From Macrostomum lignano (taxonomy: Eukaryota), in contig NIVC01002311.1 in the NCBI GenBank assembly GCA_002269645.1, forward strand, positions 62,001-126,000: a stretch of 64,000 bases of DNA. Reading direction: 5' to 3'. Under the pieces are notes generated by a model that did not search any database, was not told the DNA's origin, and was given only the letters and a program-made list of their open reading frames with translations. The position numbers were made by a program, and so were the translations under genes. Positions 22,451 through 33,403 of this stretch are shown in pieces (the stretch's first letter is position 1; each line of letters starts with the position of its first letter).

Positions 22451-25400
22451 GTAAGTTATTTTTATTTGGAAGTTTCGGGTGTACTTTTAAAGAGTTATAT
22501 ATTGTAGTCTGGCAGTGGCTCACTGAATGGCTGAGGTGACGGTGGCAGTGGCTCACTGAATGGCTGAGGGGAGGGTGGCAGTGGCTCACTGAATGGCTGA
22601 GGGGAGGGTGGCAGTGGCTCACTGAATGGCTGAGGTGACGGTGGCAGTGGCTCACTGAATGGCTGAGGGGAGGGTGGCAGTGGCTCACTGAATGGCTGAG
22701 GTGACGGTGGCAGTGGCTCACTGAATGGCTGAGGGGAGGGTGGCAGTGGCTCACTGAATGGCTGAGGTGACGGTGGCAGTGGCTCACTGAATGGCTGAGG
22801 GGAGGGTGGTAGTGGCTCACTGAATGGCTGAGGGGAGGGTGGTAGTGGCTCACTGAATGGCTGAGGTGAGGGTGGTAGTGGCTCACTGAATGGCTGAGGG
22901 GAGGGTGGCAGTGGCTCACTGAATGGCTGAGGTGACGGTGGCAGTGGCTCACTGAATGGCTGAGGGGAGGGTGGCAGTGGCTCACTGAATGGCTGAGGTG
23001 ACGGTGGCAGTGGCTCACTGAATGGCTGAGGGGAGGGTGGTAGTGGCTCACTGAATGGCTGAGGGGAGGGTGGTAGTGGCTCACTGAATGGCTGAGGTGA
23101 GGGTGGTAGTGGCTCACTGAATGGCTGAGGGGAGGGTGGTAGTGGCTCACTGAATGGCTGAGGTGACGGTGGTAGTGGCTCACTGAATGGCTGAGGTGAG
23201 GGTGGTAGTGGCTCACTGAATGGCTGAGGCCTGAGGGGAGGGTGGCAGTGGCTCACTGAATGGCTGAGGGGAGGGTGGTAGTGGCTTACTGAATGGCTGA
23301 GGTGAGGGTGGTAGTGGCTCACTGAATGGCTGAGGTGAGGGTGGCAGTGGCTCACTGAATGGCTGAGGGGAGGGTGGCAGTGGCTCACTAAATGGCTGAG
23401 GTGACGGTGGCAGTGGCTCACTGAATGGCTGAGGGGAGGGTGGTAGTGGCTCACTGAATGGCTGAGGTGAGGGTGGCAGTGGCTCACTGAATGGCTGAGG
23501 GGAGGGTGGCAGTGGCTCACTGAATGGCTGAGGTGAGGGTGGCAGTGGCTCACTGAATGGCTGAGGTGACGGTGGCAGTGGCTCACTGAATGGCTGAGGT
23601 GACGGTGGCAATGGCTCACTGAATGGCTGAGGGGAGGGTGGTAGTGGCTCACTGAATGGCTGAGGGGAGGGTGGCAGTGGCTCACTGAATGGCTGAGGTG
23701 ACGGTGGCAGTGGCTCACTGAATGGCTGAGGGGAGGGTGGTAGTGGCTCACTGAATGGCTGAGGTGAGGGTGGCAGTGGCTCACTGAATGGCTGAGGTGA
23801 GGGTGGCAGTGGCTCACTGAATGGCTGAGGGGAGGGTGGTAGTGGCTCACTGAATGGCTGAGGTGAGGGTGGTAGTGGCTCACTGAATGGCTGAGGGGAG
23901 AGGGTGGCAGTGGCTCACTGAATGGCTGAGGAGAGGGTGGTAGTGGCTCACTGAATGGCTGAGGTGAGGGTGGCAGTGGCTCACTGAATGGCTGAGGGGA
24001 GGGTGGTAGTGGCTTACTGAATGGCTGAGGTGAGGGTGGTAGTGGCTCACTGAATGGCTGAGGGGAGGGTGGCAGTGGCTCACTGAATGGCTGAGGGGAG
24101 GGTGGTAGTGGCTCACTGAATGGCTGAGGTGAGGGTGGTAGTGGCTCACTGAATGGCTGAGGTGAGGGTGGTAGTGGCTCACTGAATGGCTGAGGGGAGA
24201 GGGTGGTAGTGGCTCACTGAATGGCTGAGGTGAGGGTGGTAGTGGCTCACTGAATGGCTGAGGGGAGGGTGGCAGTGGCTCACTGAATGGCTGAGGGGAG
24301 GGTGGCAGTGGCTCACTGAATGGCTGAGGTGAGGGTGGTAGTGGCTCACTGAATGGCTGAGGTGAGGGTGGTAGTGGCTCACTGAATGGCTGAGGGGAGA
24401 GGGTGGTAGTGGCTTACTGAATGGCTGAGGTGAGGGTGGTAGTGGCTCACTGAATGGCTGAGGGGAGAGGGTGGTAGTGGCTCACTGAATGGCTGAGGTG
24501 AGGGTGGTAGTGGCTCACTGAATGGCTGAGGGGAGGGTGGCAGTGGCTCACTGAATGGCTGAGGTGAGGGTGGTAGTGGCTCACTGAATGGCTGAGGGGA
24601 GGGTGGCAGTGGCTCACTAAATGGCTGAGGTGAGGGTGGTAGTGGCTCACTGAATGGCTGAGGGGAGAGGGTGGTAGTGGCTCACTGAATGGCTGAGGGG
24701 AGAGGGTGGTAGTGGCTCACTGAATGGCTGAAACAAGGGTATCAGATCGATAAGCAGCAAATAACTATCCTGAAAACGGCAACCACGACAAATTTATCCA
24801 GGTGTTCAATTCTTATCCGGAGGCCAAGCAGTTCGCCAGCAGTACAGTTGAACAGCTGACACCGAAGCGACCAGCGAAGGCTGGCGGTGCCCAGCAACCG
24901 GGAGGTTCAACTGACCGTTTGGCCACGGCTGTCCAAGATACGGACAGCTTCAAAAGTGTCACCCAAGTGCAGCTCAATCAGTTGAAGGCCGCAATCATCT
25001 CTGGCGATTTGAGTACAGTCTCAGCTCTGGTCTGGAATAATCCTAAGCATTTGGTGACAGATTGCGATGCGCCCACTCTGCTAATGCCTCGGTTTAGGTA
25101 CAACTGCTTGCACCAGGTGAGCATCCGGTTTTATTGATTTTTTCACTCATCATCATTATTATTGTAGCTAATATTCTATTGAGCTACTTACTAAATAGTA
25201 GTATGTGCACATTTACATGTGTTTTTCAGCTTTTTACTGTTGGTTATTACACCAGCGTAAATGTCGATAAGCTACTTATAACTCAGTAGTATTGACCGTA
25301 TTTTTAGTTAGTTTCTCTGTCGCTGTCCTCGGTAACGATGCTAATAAGCTATTAACAACATATATTTTTTGGTTAGTTTTTGTGCCACTGTCCTTATAAA

Positions 25401-27531
25401 AAGATACTAATAAGCTACTTAAAAATCAGTAGTATGACCATAATTATGGTTACTTTTTGTGCCGCTGTCCTAAAACGCTAATAAGCTACTTACAAGTCAG
25501 TAGTATGACCGCAACTGTCACGTGATTTTTACATTTCATATGCGCAACCAATCAAATTCTACGATGATTTTACAGGCCGCATTGCGCAATCAATCTGCCG
25601 TCATCAAACTTCTGCTGGCCATCTTATCCGGTGACGAGTTCTGGCGTCGACTTAACGCAGACACTGGCGCAGAATTGCGACGCTGTAGACGCAATCGGTT
25701 ATTAGATCTCTATTTAAACGGCCGAGAGATGGCGCTGGGCGAAACTCCGCTACACATTGCGGCTAAATTTTGTTACACCGAATGCATTCGCTTATTGGTT
25801 GCTAGGCGAGAATGCGATATTAATATTCTTAACAATGCCGGTCAAACTGCCCTAGAGATTGTTGGCTCGCGCTGCGATTCCGCGTCAGCTGGCCAGCTGG
25901 CCGAGACGCGTCTGGCTCTGTCCGGCCAATTTGTACCTCTATTGGCCGAAGTATCAACCGGTGTTGTCCGGGTCGGCCAGCCAGTTCCAGCTTGGGCCCT
26001 GCAGGAGATGCTAGACCAGCCTCACAGGCTGCTGGTCCGCGCCTACGCTGGCCCGGCCGAGCCGGACACGGCGCGCAGCCTCTACGAACGCTGGCGAGCG
26101 CCGTCGCGTGTACTGTTATTCTGTCGCCGAACAGCTGCGGCTACCACCGCCGACAAAGACAACTGGCCTACTACTGGCAACAAAGACTTTGAGGACAGCG
26201 ACGATTATGAGTCTTCTCGACCGCCTCGCCTGCCGCCGGCATCTCCTGTCCCGGGTCGGCCGGCCGGTTTCGAATTCCAATCGCCTACTAACATGCTTCG
26301 GACGCCGCCAATGGTAGGCAAGGTGGACGCCAACGACGACAACGTTGACGACGCAGCCGCTGCAGCCGTAGCCGAGGTGACGGCCGCACCGCTGTTAGAC
26401 TACGACAAAGGCTACGAGATCACCGGCAGGGCTCTCTGCCGGGCATTGGGCGGCATTGCTTGGCACGAGCGTTGGGATTTTTTTGACGGCGATTTCGCCG
26501 ATTTAGCTACGGACGAGGGGCTCAGCCGGTTGAATCGGCTGCTAACTGACGCCTACGAACGAATGGAAAAAGAATTGGGCGTCTCAGCGTCTGCCAATAC
26601 TAGCGGCGAAGATGCTGTCGGAGCCGCCGCTGTCGCTGCCGCCGCCGCCGCCGCCGCAGATCCCTGGACTGATTATCGCGACTTTGGAGGCGGCAGTCCA
26701 ATCGAGGACGACGACGCCGACGAAACAAAGGAACTAACGGATTTATCCCGCGATAGTTGTCACGGCAGCGACAATGGCCAGCAGGCATCCGCTGACCTGT
26801 CAGATTCATTCCTGGAGCGGGTGTCTCGCTGGGGTCTGTCCGAATCTAAGAAAGCCGCCGCTGCCGCTCAGCTACCGGCGTCGTTGACGAAAGCATCGAC
26901 CAGCGGGAAATCTGGCGCCGATCCGCGATTTCGCTCTCCGCCACCGCCGCCGCCGCCGACTTCGCGTTTGTCGAAGCAGCCGCAGGCGCCGCGAATGAGC
27001 ACCCCTAGGCAGCAGCAACAGCGTCGTGCAGCGCCAACTTCCAGTCCGTTTGAATTCGTGGTTAATAATGGCGCCAACGCCAGGCCTGGGGGCCTGAGTT
27101 TCTCTTCACCTAGTAGCCGAACTAATAATGCTACTCATAGTAAGCGGCCAGTGACTCCGGTCGACCTGCAGGTACTCAAAGCGATCTCTCCGGCTTCGTC
27201 TGCTTCTAAAATTGATCAAAAGCGCTATCCAAGTTTGGCGCGTTGGCGCCGATCGATTGGCGCCAATACAGCTGCTAGCGTCTCTAGCGAGGACGTATCT
27301 AAACTGTTATTACAGCTTCCCGCTTCGCCGTCGCCTTCGCCTTCGTTAGCGGCCGCGTCTCCGTTGGCGTCGCCGTTGCCAACGTCGCCGTCGTTGCGTC
27401 GGCTGGCCGCGGCGGCAGCGGCCGGTGGCACCCCGCGGCGCCGGCTAGCGGCGAGGAGCGGCGCTACGGGTCAGACGCCTGACGCTCTTAATAAATCGTT
27501 CGATCACGATTCTGTTGCGTTCGGCCAATAA
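22190..27531 (+). CDS. ANKLE2: ANKLE2/LEM4-like protein (ankyrin repeats, viroplasmin-like domain), 843 aa
   Basis: join(22190..22450,24802..25116,25576..27531), phase-0 GT-AG introns. Motifs resemble human ANKLE2 as recalled: [15 protein letters not shown]|[24 protein letters not shown]...[28 protein letters not shown]...WHERWDFF...[20 protein letters not shown]...YPSLARWR. Confidence 0.88.
22511..24731. repeat. 33-bp minisatellite filling ANKLE2 intron 1 (GGYAGTGGCTCACTGAATGGCTGAGGKGAGGGT), about 67 copies
   Basis: Direct reading; source of the [11 protein letters not shown] and SHSVSHYHP ORFs. Confidence 0.95.
24802..25116 (+). CDS. ANKLE2: ANKLE2 coding exon 2
   Basis: tatccag|GTG TTC AAT ... 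CAC CAG|gtgagc; 315 nt. Confidence 0.88.
25576..27531 (+). CDS. ANKLE2: ANKLE2 coding exon 3
   Basis: ttttacag|GCC GCA TTG; open to TAA at 27529-27531. Confidence 0.9.
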   Translation, partial: AALRNQSAVIKLLLAILSGDEFWRRLNADTGAELRRCRRNRLLDLYLNGREMALGETPLHIAAKFCYTECIRLLVARRECDINILNNAGQTALEIVGSRCDSASAGQLAETRLALSGQFVPLLAEVSTGVVRVGQPVPAWALQEMLDQPHRLLVRAYAGPAEPDTARSLYERWRAPSRVLLFCRRTAAATTADKDNWPTTGNKDFEDSDDYESSRPPRLPPASPVPGRPAGFEFQSPTNMLRTPPMVGKVDANDDNVDDAAAAAVAEVTAAPLLDYDKGYEITGRALCRALGGIAWHERWDFFDGDFADLATDEGLSRLNRLLTDAYERMEKELGVSASANTSGEDAVGAAAVAAAAAAAADPWTDYRDFGGGSPIEDDDADETKELTDLSRDSCHGSDNGQQASADLSDSFLERVSRWGLSESKKAAAAAQLPASLTKASTSGKSGADPRFRSPPPPPPPTSRLSKQPQAPRMSTPRQQQQRRAAPTSSPFEFVVNNGANARPGGLSFSSPSSRTNNATHSKRPVTPVDLQVLKAISPASSASKIDQKRYPSLARWRRSIGANTAASVSSEDVSKLLLQLPASPSPSPSLAAASPLASPLPTSPSLRRLAAAAAAGGTPRRRLAARSGATGQTPDALNKSFDHDSVAFGQ

Positions 27532-27532
27532 A
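27527..27532 (+). terminator. AATAAA overlapping the ANKLE2 stop codon (candidate polyA signal)
   Basis: CAA TAA A. Confidence 0.35.
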
Positions 27533-27609
27533 GCTGGGATGCGTTTTGTTTAAATTTTTAACAAGCTGTGTCTGTTTCGATTTTCAATCAATTAACATCC
27601 ATGCGGAGC

Positions 27610-28085
27610 CGCGCTTTCCGCCCTCTGATTTGCGCCAGTATCCGCCCTTTGATCCGCCCCATATATTATCCGCCCCCTATCCGCCCCTACGAAGCGCCCT
27701 TTATCCACCCTTAGGAACCACCCCCTATCCGTCCTACAAATCGCACTTATCCGCCGTTAAGAACCGCCCCCTATCCGCCCTGTGCACCGCCTACCAACCG
27801 CCTCTATCCACTCCTAAAAAACAACCCCCTATTCGCCCTACCAACCGCCTCTATCCACTCCTAAAAAAACAACCCCCTATTCGCCCTACGAAATGCTCTG
27901 CGCCTACGAACCGCCGTCTATCCGCCCCTGCCGACCACCCCTTATCTGCCCTACGAACCGCCCCTATCCGCCTCCTATCCGCCCTACAAACCGCCCCTAT
28001 TCGCCCCTTATCCGCCCTACGAGCCGCCCCCATCCGCCTCTACGAGTTGCCCCCTAACCGCCCCTACGAACCGCCCTTTATCCTA
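27610..28085. repeat. Degenerate TATCCGCCCC/CCGCCCTA repeats
   Basis: Direct reading; includes a tandem ~50-bp duplication at about 27788-27890. Confidence 0.8.
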
Positions 28086-28991
28086 CTACTATTAATGCTG
28101 TCCGACTGAGACATTGTTAATGATATATCTAGTTAAAATGTACAGACCTATTTTGTATTCAGAAATTTGGTTTTTATCTTAAAGCGGTGGTTGATTCAGT
28201 TTTCAGGTGAGTTTCTATTAAAATTATAGACTACTACTTTATGTAGTTAATTAGCAGTTTTGCTTTGACCATTTCATATTATACGGTTTACTTGTACTTT
28301 TGTTGGCTGCGTAAAAATCATATGTTGTCATGGCTAATCTGATTAGTCTTCGCCCAAGGACTTCTTAGTAAGAATTTATTATCATTTACGGTTGGCCCGG
28401 CTTGTTTATATTGACTTTTAATGCACAATTTATGTAGCTTAATCTCTTCTTCGATTTCTTTCAACACTGAATATTACTTTACGTGTCCGCTCCGGCTACT
28501 GTCAGTAAGTAGTATTACGCGAAATTGAAACTATTTTAGACAAATAATGATATCTCGCTCGTGCTGTATATTTGTTGTTTTTTATGTAGCATTTATGACT
28601 GCAAAAATCAGTTGAGTTGTCTCCATTTATTTTTCACATATTTATGTTACAATAACTTTATTTTCTTAGCTAATTCACTTATTTTATTCAAGTCGATGTA
28701 CAGTTAAAAATCGATTCGTCTTAATATGTTTAGTCTCCAAATAATTCCGTTTACACACTGTATAGATAGGCGAGTTTCAGAGCATGCTGTCACCCGAGAT
28801 TTGGCATAACTTTTCGGTTGTTTTCTGGTTGCTACTGATTTTAATCATCACTGATTCTTTTTTTAAGTTAAGTTACTTGTCTCTATTGAAAATTCATAAG
28901 TTCAAAACTTTATATCGTCGAATTCGTTTCAAGATGTAAAAATTGGGTTAGTTACAGTATCAGACGTTAGCCTTTTTAAATTGTGTTGAAA

Positions 28992-29368
28992 CTAGCTCAA
29001 CCAATGAGAGAGCAGTAAGGAGAGAGGTTAAATCCAGATAGGCAGACGAAACTCAGTGTAAGGCGCATGCAGGCCCAATCTAGCTCAACCAATGAGAGAG
29101 CAGTAAGGAGAGAGGTCAAAGCCAGACAGGCAGACGAAACTCAGCCGAGGTGGGGGCAGGCCCAATCTAGCTCAACCAATGAGAGAGCAGTAAGGAGAGA
29201 GGTCAAAGCCAGACAGGCAGACGAAACTCAGCCGAGGTGGGGGCAGGCCCAATCTAGCTCAACCAATAAGAGAGCAGTAAGGAGAGAGGTCAAAGCCAGA
29301 CAGGTAGACGAAACTCAGCGTAAGGCGCATGCAGGCCCAATCTAGCTCAACCAATGAGAGAGCAGGCA
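28992..29368. repeat. 87-88-bp tandem repeat, about 4.3 copies
   Basis: TAGCTCAACCAAT recurs at 28993, 29081, 29168, 29255, 29343. Confidence 0.9.
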
Positions 29369-30834
29369 GGAGGTCAAAAACTTAAGCTTAAAGAACTCCG
29401 AGTACCGCGTAAAATATTGATAAGTTTTTTTATTTACCATTATCAAATATTACTCTGTTGCAGTGTCTCATCTGCGTGGGGCTATGTAAAAGGTTTGTTC
29501 ACTATTGATGGACTTCCTCAATTTTTTAATTTTAACAATAAAGCCAGGCGTTGTACCGTGTCAATCAGCCAGTTTGTTGATCTTTCATGAGTTTTTATAT
29601 ATTTGCGCTAGTTTTTGTCTCAGTGCACATGCAAAATTTAGATCTATTAAGTATATACGCCAGGCGTTAACTTCATAAGGTGATTTTTAGCTAAAAGAGA
29701 CGAAACATCTGCGTTAATTGCATCATGAGAAAAATTTTTATTTAAAAAAAAACTGTTTTAGTAAGCTGCATGTAATTATTGATTAATTCCATTAAAATTG
29801 AAGACCATAGGCAATTTGGAGTACGAGTGAACTAGAATAAGTAAGAGCCGATTCAATTTGAAATCTCTTACCTCCAGCTAGGTTAATGTGTTTCCCTGAT
29901 CTCAGATAATGTTTTATTCCCAATACAAGGAGCTATATATATATTACCCAGTAGTTGATACATTGTAATTATTCGCTAATATGTACTCTGCTATAAAAGT
30001 ATAATTTTTACAGCAGTAAAATTCAATCAGAGAGTAGTCCTTTTCTTAAGACAATTTGAATCCCGAATTCAAATAGAAAATTAGAAAAAAAAGTATATGG
30101 TGACATTTTTTAGTTATTAAAATTAATAACTTTTCCACGGTGTACGTTCGTGCCAGTCGAATTTCTAAGGGATTTCTCGGACAACTCCGAGTAATATAAT
30201 AATCATCATGAGAGATTTCCGTCGAAAACCGTTTGAATACATTGCTATTAACTGTTCTAGCTAATAGGAATTAACCAGTGGTGGGACTGAGGCGCGAATT
30301 CGCGCCTGGCGCGAATTTCAGTAAAGATGGCGCGAATACGCGATTTTTCAGGTGTGGCGCGGATTTTGAGGCGTGAATGGCGCGGATTTATATTTAGTGT
30401 GTGCGGTTTATGCTGCAACTTCATTTTCTTTCAAGTGTGGCTCTGGGCTTGTATCGAGCAAGATGTATGAACGGTTGCATTCTTAGCTTCCCTACAGAAC
30501 ATAAATATAACTCCACTAGCTCTGTTTTTTTGCACAAAATATAGTGTGGTGACTCGCTAGGAGGTAACTACGAGGTAGGTAGGTAGGTAGGTAGGCATAT
30601 GTAGAGACGGGAGGAAGGCTTCTAGCATAGATCTTAGAGCTTTGTTGAGTCCTTTCAGCGGCGCTCTGCGCCAAGTTAGACGCTATTGCTTGCTAACAGG
30701 CCGGCCATGTCAATGGCCCGCCGCGCTGTGGTACTACGTCCGGTCCCGCTCGAGGTGCCAGCATCCAGCTGAAGATCCCGATTGTCGCTGACATCGGACA
30801 TCTGAAGGTCATCCGTAGTTCACCTGAACTCGTA

Positions 30835-30975
30835 GCCTGAAGAACCTGAAGAGTCTGAAGATCACTTGAAGGGCCTGAAGTATGCCTGAAGATCACTTGA
30901 AGGGCCTGAAGTATGCCTGAAGATCACTTGAAAGGCCTGAAGTATGCCTGAAGTTCACCTGAAGATTGCCTGACT
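30835..30975. repeat. 31-bp tandem repeat inside the hAT element (CTGAAGATCACTTGAAGGGCCTGAAGTATGC)
   Basis: About 3.5 copies. Confidence 0.8.
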
Positions 30976-30989
30976 AATTCGCAATCTAT

Positions 30990-31665
30990 GGACTTAGGGA
31001 CGCTGAAGTCGCAAATGAGACAGTGACTGACTTCTGGAGCAAAGTCGCCACTGCTGGCAACCGCCCTCTACTGATGCGCATAGCACGAGTGTTATCTGTC
31101 TTGCCTCATGGCAATGCTGAAGTTGAGCGTATTTTTAGTAACTTAAACGATGTTGTGACGAAAAAACGCTCCAGCCTGGGGCCGCAGACCATCAAGGCAC
31201 TCGTTGTTTCGCGGTCCTGCCTACAGACAAAGCATTGGTCAGCTGCTACACTGCCAGTCTCCTTGAGGCTGAAGAATTTGTGCGCCAGTGCTGCTGCTGC
31301 ATATCGGCGACGACTGGAAGAGAAGGCTGCGGACGAACAGCGGAAGCGAGAGGAGCTCGAGAAGCGAGTTTTGATGGAGCTGCAAAGTGAGAAGAGTGCC
31401 AGCAAGGTGTATGGTGGCTTGGAAAAGTCTATCAATGCGACGGCAGATGCGATCAAGCAGAAGCAGAAACAGCGAGATAATGCTCAGCGGCTGTTGTCGG
31501 AGTCTTCAAAGGTCAAGGAAGCAAGGGACCAGGAGCTCGAAGAACTACGGCAGCAACAAGAGAAGCTGCAACGAAAGAAGATGAAGGAGTCTGAGAAACT
31601 GGCGCAAAGCATTCTCAAGCGACGGGCTGTTGAGCAGTCGGTGTCAACTCCTCTGCCTGCAGGTA
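30990..31665 (+). pseudogene. hAT transposase C-terminal remnant (dimerisation domain plus coiled coil)
   Basis: DFWSKV...LLMRIARVLSVLPHGNAEVERIFS...KKRSSLGPQTIKAL matches the hAT dimerisation pattern; interrupted by mariner at 31666. Confidence 0.8.
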
Positions 31666-32987
31666 CGAGGGGTGATCAAAAAGTTCTGCAAGTGACCTCA
31701 CAACTCTGTGCTACAGCAGCCGAGGCGTCTAATCAGTGTCACATTCCCTTAAAGTACTTTCCACCACTATCTATGCACCGTCGCATCCGTGTGCACCATG
31801 TCTGAAAGCAGTCATGGTACTCCGAAGTTGGTATACCCTGTAGAGCTGAATGTACCGCTTGGGCAAGGTCTTGCATGCGTGAAAACGGCCTCCCAGAAAC
31901 GACGGATTTGATCCTCGGGGACAGCCAAAAGTCGCAAGGTGCTAGGTCTAGAGAGTAGGGTGGATGGGGCAGCAGCCGGACCCCCTGCTGCTCCAGGTAC
32001 GCCATGGTTGATGCCGCTCTGTGCGGTGCCACATTGTCATGGTGCAGCAGGAGTCGAGGTCCATGCCTGGTTCGCGCACGTTCCTGCCGCTCCTGCAGCA
32101 CGCCTGGCAGAACAGTGTCTGTGTAGTACCTGGCAGTCACTGTGGCACCCGCTGGAAGGATGTTCACCGATACAACACCCTGAGAGTTGAAAAAAAAATG
32201 GTGAACATCCGCTTCCGACTGCGGAATCCGATCTTCAGCACCTCAGGCCTTGGCTCATCTTCTGCCAGCCAGACCATGTTGGACTGCTTATCCTTCATGG
32301 TAAAAGAAGGAGATCCAACATTCGTCTCCTGTGATGACATCCGACAGTCGTCGTGGGCCGTGGGGCTCAAACATTTGCAGCCACAAGCGACAGATGCGCA
32401 CCCTCTCTGCTTGCTGCTCCGGAGTGAGAAGATGAGGTACCCACCGAGCGCAGGTCTTTGTGCGGCCTAGTTGCTCATGCATGATGTTATGAGCACTTCC
32501 ATAGCTGACACCAAGCTCATAGGCAATGAATCTCAGCAAAATGCTCCAATCCTCACGAATTATTGCATCGGCATGGGCCACGACATCTTCGGTCACGGAT
32601 GTCCGGGGTCAGCCAGACCTCGGTTCATCGTTGAAGCTGTCCCAGCCTTCCAAGAAATGGCGCAGCCAGCGGGCAACTGTGTCAAATGATGGAGCAGAGT
32701 CAGCTAAAACATTCACAAAACATGGTGTGAATATCAGTCACTTTGCAACCAAGTTGCATGCGCATAAAGATATAGAAGCGAACACTGTCTTTTGATGTTT
32801 CCATCAGCTACTGAAAACACATGGAAAATATATAGCTGTGAAATTTTACTGGAGCACATTTGGAAGCCAAAAATGCATATAAGTATAGCAAACAGATATA
32901 GCCGCATATGTGTAAGTTTTCGGCTTTTGCCGATTCTATAACTAAAAGCTATAACAAAAGGTTGCAGAACTTTTTGATCACCCCTCG
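31666..32987 (-). mobile_element. Full-length mariner element (1322 bp)
   Basis: Perfect 26-bp TIR CGAGGGGTGATCAAAAAGTTCTGCAA; TA TSD (31664-31665, 32988-32989). Confidence 0.95.
31739..32804 (-). pseudogene. Mariner D,D34D transposase, frameshifted
   Basis: METSKDSVRFYIF..., DEPRSG*PR, WVPHLLT, ITGDECW, LLHHDNVAPH, YSLDLAPCDFWL, GGKYF; several frameshifts and a stop. Confidence 0.9.
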
Positions 32988-33134
32988 TATTATGCAGAAA
33001 AAGTTCAGACACAATTGATGTGCGCTTCATGCAATCATGCTCCATGTGACTCCATGCTACTGTGTTTAGAACTGGTTATCACAGTGAATTTAATGCGCAT
33101 ATAAGTAGGAATAAAATTTCTTATCATCTTATTC

Positions 33135-33403
33135 GGTGGTATGTAAAAGACGGAGCGGATCGAATCTACATCGGATCTACAAATAAGCGAAATTTAGTGT
33201 TAAAGTCGATTTTTTTCTCAAAAGTCAAATAAGCAAGAAAGCAGATGCCATTTTATGTAAAGAACTGTTAAGTGCCAATACTAAGAATGTTTTTAAATAT
33301 TTGTTATTATACTTTTGACTGATCCGTGGTCCCATTACTTTCAATGTACGGATGGATCCGTATTCCATACCGATCTGATCTGCTTCGTCTTTTACATACA
33401 ACC
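33135..33403. mobile_element. 269-bp MITE with GG termini and 8-bp TSD (Merlin-like by terminus and TSD only)
   Basis: 27-bp TIR GGTGGTATGTAAAAGACGGAGCGGATC (3 mismatches); TSD TCTTATTC (33127-33134, 33404-33411). Confidence 0.8.

Noticed and set aside
22422-24650. Long ORFs (up to 462 aa) of [11 protein letters not shown] or SHSVSHYHP repeats, and similar ORFs at 8542-9311, 46228-46951, 49360-50665, 53165-54910 and 58194-61437
   Set aside because: They are stop-free translations of tandem arrays, mostly inside introns defined by conserved flanking exons
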